A DNA stretch of 64,000 nt, taken from assembly GCA_951406725.2 (NCBI GenBank), contig OX597834.1:33108001-33172000 (forward strand), given 5' to 3'. Positions 59,199-64,000 of this stretch are shown one piece after another (the first letter of the stretch is position 1; every line of letters begins with the position of its first letter). Under the pieces are notes generated by a model. The model had not been told where the DNA came from. It did no database searches and worked only from the letters and a program-made list of their open reading frames with translations. Position numbers and translations under genes: made by a program. Source of the stretch: Octopus vulgaris (lineage: Eukaryota).

Positions 59199-59545
59199 TG
59201 TGTGTGTGTGTGTGAGTGTGTATGTGTATGTGTTTGAAGTGTGTGTGTGTTACACTTTCTTTTGTGGGTGTTAGGGCCCCAGCATAAAGGAGATGCAGTC
59301 CTTAAACCCGCTGGTTTCCAAAGACTCATTGTAATAGGGAATCGCAGCGTCGAAAATCTTTTTATTCGAGGACTGATTCGAAATACCCCTACTGATATCC
59401 TTCGCCATGTTCTTAAAACCAATAGGTGTGTGACAGGAGGCTGTGTTTATTGCACGACAGCCTTTCATTTGGTTTGCGGTAAATTCTGGAATGAGAGGTA
59501 CCCAAATCGAGTGTAAAATCTAAAAAGATAACTGTGGCAAGATTG
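58765..59545 (-). mobile_element. Penelope-like retroelement remnant (RT C-terminus and GIY-YIG start), split by (GT)n
   Basis: FLDFTLDL...YRKPNE; INTASCHTP...ISNQSSNKKIFDAAIPYYNESLETSGF; CRVNSKCPVGSRC, then VVYEAEVIMSKYLG. Confidence 0.82.
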
Positions 59546-59634
59546 GTCGCAATTGTCTTATACATACATGGATGTATGTATATATATGTGTGTGTGTATA
59601 TATGTATGTATGCATTTATGTATGTATGTGTATG

Positions 59635-59675
<41 letters not shown>

Positions 59676-59686
59676 ATATATATACG

Positions 59687-59743
<57 letters not shown>

Positions 59744-59761
59744 GTATGTATATATATATAC

Positions 59762-59795
<34 letters not shown>

Positions 59796-59799
59796 GTAC

Positions 59800-59870
<71 letters not shown>

Positions 59871-59878
59871 CGTACATA

Positions 59879-60745
59879 TACGTGGAGGTACCCAAATGTA
59901 ACAGGAAACGTTCTCTGTGGGACAAGCCTTTCGTAGTCTAGGCTTCTGCCTCTAGAAACCACTTGATGCAACCCAAAAGCATCAGTCTGTCCACAGGCAT
60001 CGTCCGCTCATGTCGTACTACCAAGTGGTGCGTCTTTGTTTTGCAGGGCTTTTCCGCTATTCGTCGATTTTTGCGATGGCTGAAACGAAGGAACGGCATG
60101 CTTCCGTGAAAATCTGTTTTCTGTTGGGGAAAACGACGACCGAAAGAGTTGTCATGCTTCACACTGCTTACAAGGACGCTGTCATGAGCAAAACACAAGT
60201 TCACGAGGGTTTTTTTCACGCTTTAGAAATGGTCACTTGTCACTTGAAGACCAACCTCGTTCAGGGCGACCATCGACCTCCCGAACGAATGAAAATTCAT
60301 GAACTGATCTTGGAGGACCGTCACCGAACAACTGACAAACTTTTTTATGATTGGTGTGTCCTGGAACTTCTGCCAACGAATTTGGAACGAGGAATTGCGA
60401 ATGAAAAGAGTTGCAGCAAAGTTTGTGCCTCGCTTTCTCAATGAAAATCAAAAGCAGTCTCGACTAAATCCGTGTCGTGAACAGCAAGAGAGGATTGAAG
60501 TTGATCCGGCTTTTTTTTTTTTCGAAGGTCATTACTGGTGACGAAAGCTGGTGCTTAGGAATTTGAAGATCTGGGGCGTTAAAAGGAATCACTTCACAAG
60601 AGTTCCAGGACTGTTTCGAACAGTGGAAAACACGTTTGGACCGATGCATTGCTTCCAATGGAGAATACTCTGAAGGCGGTAAAAGTGCAAACATCTAAAA
60701 CTAAGTGAATGAAATAATATTGCAAAAATTCCGGCTTCTTTGTAT
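59879..60745 (+). mobile_element. Internally deleted mariner element
   Basis: MAETKERHASVKICFLLGKT...MSKTQVHE; AAKFVPRFL; ITGDESW jumps to FQDCFEQWKTRLDRCIASNGEY. Confidence 0.88.
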
Positions 60746-60827
60746 ATGTGTAAATATATTCACAGACACATATATGTATATATGGTTGTATATATCTATA
60801 TATGTTTATATGTATGTATATATTTAT

Positions 60828-60870
<43 letters not shown>

Positions 60871-60929
60871 GTGTGTGTGTTTATGTATATCTGTATGAAT
60901 GTGTAATATATATATATATGTGTGTGTGT

Positions 60930-60961
<32 letters not shown>

Positions 60962-61071
60962 TCACAATTACACGACTTCGTTTATATAGCTTCCCTTCTC
61001 TCAGTTGGTCTGTTACATATACATACATTCATATATATGTGTGTGTATATATATGTATATATGTATGTATG

Positions 61072-61134
<63 letters not shown>

Positions 61135-61555
61135 ATATGTATATGTATATATGTATACACACACGGTATGCACGGTCATTCCACAATAAATGTTGACAAC
61201 ACTAAATATGGTAATGGTCAGTTAGAGTAGAGAGAGATCACCATATATGACAGTGTGTGTGTGTTCTTCGAGGATATGGGAAAAACGCACACACACACAT
61301 ACACACAGACACCACCACCACCACCACCACCGTCCCCTAGTGTCTTCGTTATCCGCACCCTCATCGTCTTCTTACCGTCTAACACACCCGACGCCACCAC
61401 CAACAACGCCGCCATTATCTCCCCATATCTTCCTTCTTTTTTTTTTACCCCGTCTCTTCGATATTACTGACCAATATTTTTCCATAATGCGAAAATTGGT
61501 AAACACGGCACCCCTCCCTCTCTCTCTCGCTCGCTTTCTCTCCCTTGCCTGCTCT

Positions 61556-61640
<85 letters not shown>

Positions 61641-61643
61641 GTG

Positions 61644-61702
<59 letters not shown>

Positions 61703-61730
61703 CAGAGATAGATAGATAGATAGATGCGCG

Positions 61731-61762
<32 letters not shown>

Positions 61763-62648
61763 TAGATGCATACATATATGCATTCATACATACATATGTA
61801 CGTAAGGAGGTTGTGTATGTGTTCTTGCGTGTGCGTATTTGTGTGTCTGTGTGTTTTTGTATGTGTGCGTGTGTGTTTGTGTGTGTGCGTGTGCGTGTAT
61901 GTGTGTCTTTGTATGTATGTGTGTTTGAAGTGTGTGTGAGTGTGTGTGTTTGAAGTGTGTGTGTGTGTGTGTTACATTCTGTTCACAAGAAAACAAAAGA
62001 CAGACAGACAGATAGACAGACCGATCTCGGGAAAGAAGAGGAAGATGAAGAGGAGGTGGAGGGACGGAGAGGAAGACCTTCCACCACGACCACAACCACG
62101 ACCGCCACGGCGATTGTCATATCGGCAGCACGACATATCTCTCGCCCTCTTCGCTGACGTCTTTTGTTTTGCTTGGAAAATGTCAAGGATGGAATCACAC
62201 CGTCATTCACCATTTTTGTTCCAAAGAGACAGACAGACAGACAAACGGACAGAACAGAGCGACAGAGAGATTGAGAGAATGGTTTTATAGAGAGTTTGCA
62301 GGAACGATGACAGGGAAGCTTCAATTTGATGGAGAGGAAAAATATTCTCTCTGTAATTAGCACCAGTCGCGTAGATTATTCCTTATTGTCGTAATTCCAG
62401 ACCTGAAGGGTTTCTCTCATTGTATATATATATATGTGTGTGTTGTGTGTGTGTGTGCGTGCGTGTGTGTGTGTATGTGTGTATATGTACGTATATATAT
62501 GTGTGTGTGTATTGATATGTATATATATGTATCTATATGTATATGTGTATATAATAATAATAATAAAACATTGTGTACAGTGCTCAGGTGCACTACAATA
62601 TATATATATTCACACACATATATACACATACATATATATGTATGTATG

Positions 62649-62783
<135 letters not shown>

Positions 62784-63439
62784 ATATGTGTACATATATC
62801 CATATATATATATATATACACACACACATATGAAACATATATATGTATGTATGTATGTATCTTGTCTTCCTTTCCACCTTACCTGTCAATCCATGGGAAA
62901 GACGATGGAATTTCAGGAAAAATAGAAACAAAAATGACTTTTTTCTTTGCTTTTTTTCTCTTTGCTATTTTGTTTTATTTTTCTTTTGTTTTTGCCCTTT
63001 TGCTGGTGTCTTTGTTGTTTTTACTCAATTATTTCTGTTCGTCTTTGTTTTTTCTTCTTCTTTCTGTCTATATTTCGTTTCATTCCTGATAGTGTCTTCG
63101 CTCTTAAACTGTCTCAAGTTGTCTGTCTGTGAGTCTATCTATCCATCCATCCATCCATCCACCTATCTGTCCATCTATCTATCTGTCTGTATATCTGTCT
63201 GTCCATCTACCTATCTATTTGTTTGTCTGTCTCTAAAGCAATCTATCTTTCTAACAATCTGTCTGTCTGTCTGTTTGCCTGGTTATGTATCTATCTATCT
63301 ATCTATCTGTATGCATGTCTGTCTGTCTGTCTTTCTAGCTATTTATCAATCCATCTATGAGACACACTCGCAAAAGTGGAAGAGCATATAAAAAAAGTAT
63401 CTTTTAATGTACTTTAATCAGTTTATCTCTCTCTATCTC

Positions 63440-63498
<59 letters not shown>

Positions 63499-63651
63499 AC
63501 ATATATATATATATATATATATAAATCCTTAAAAGTGTTTTAGCCCGAAGGCCGCGGCCTTTTATATATATATGATATAAATATATACACCTCCCCCCAA
63601 AATTGCTGGCCTTGTGCCAAAATTTGAAACCAGTGCTACAGAAGTAAAGCA

Positions 63652-63858
63652 TCGAGCTGGCAGAATCGTTACCGCACCGGAAAAAATGCTTTGCGTCATT
63701 TCATTCGTCTGCGTTCTGTGTTCAAATTACGCGGAAGTCGACTCTACCTTTCATCATTTCGAGGCCGATATAATAAGTACCAGTTGAGCACTGAGGTAGA
63801 TATTATCGACTTACCCCCTCCCCCGAAATTGCTAGCCTTGTGCCAAAATTTGAAATCG
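63652..63858 (+). mobile_element. SINE family B-related, diverged
   Basis: GAGCTGGCAGAATCGTT...GTCGACTCTACCTTTCATC...TAAGTACCAGTT; its 3' end is also present at 63589-63631. Confidence 0.8.
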
Positions 63859-64000
63859 ATATACTTTAGGGAAATCAGCAACGGCCGTTCGAAATTTTAG
63901 GCCCGTTAAGATATGCACAAAACCGGCAAGACCTTCATCACACTATAGATATGGTTGTGAGACAAACCGGGGGAAGATCTCTCTCCATAATTGCCGCAAA

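Noticed and set aside
59495-59897. GAGGTACCCAAAT repeated ~390 bp apart
   Set aside because: One copy is inside PLE coding sequence and the other is the mariner end; probably coincidental

Overview
A repeat-saturated, intronic/intergenic eukaryotic window. The SINE families and very long (TA)n/(CA)n/(TACA)n/(GATA)n/triplet tracts are most consistent with an octopus (coleoid cephalopod) genome; this is recognition by eye, not a database result. I found no credible host protein-coding exon, and nearly all ORFs in the track are microsatellite artefacts. The real content is: four tRNA-derived SINE types (called A-D here); 5'-truncated LINEs (two RTE-clade, three R4/Dong-type with a restriction-like endonuclease sitting in triplet tracts, one L1/Tx1 endonuclease scrap); decayed mariner/Tc1/Tigger transposases; and Penelope-like element (PLE) remnants. 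The most notable structures are: (1) about a dozen hammerhead-ribozyme-like motifs, several with the compensatory U3-A8 core, some inside fold-back palindromes (best: a ~550-bp palindrome at 58072-58622 next to a PLE RT/GIY-YIG remnant); (2) a single-headed SINE multimer of 184-bp units inside one 17-bp TSD, with an alternating 368-bp higher-order pattern; (3) a possible RTE 3' transduction; (4) a ~290-bp inverted duplication 2.7 kb apart.
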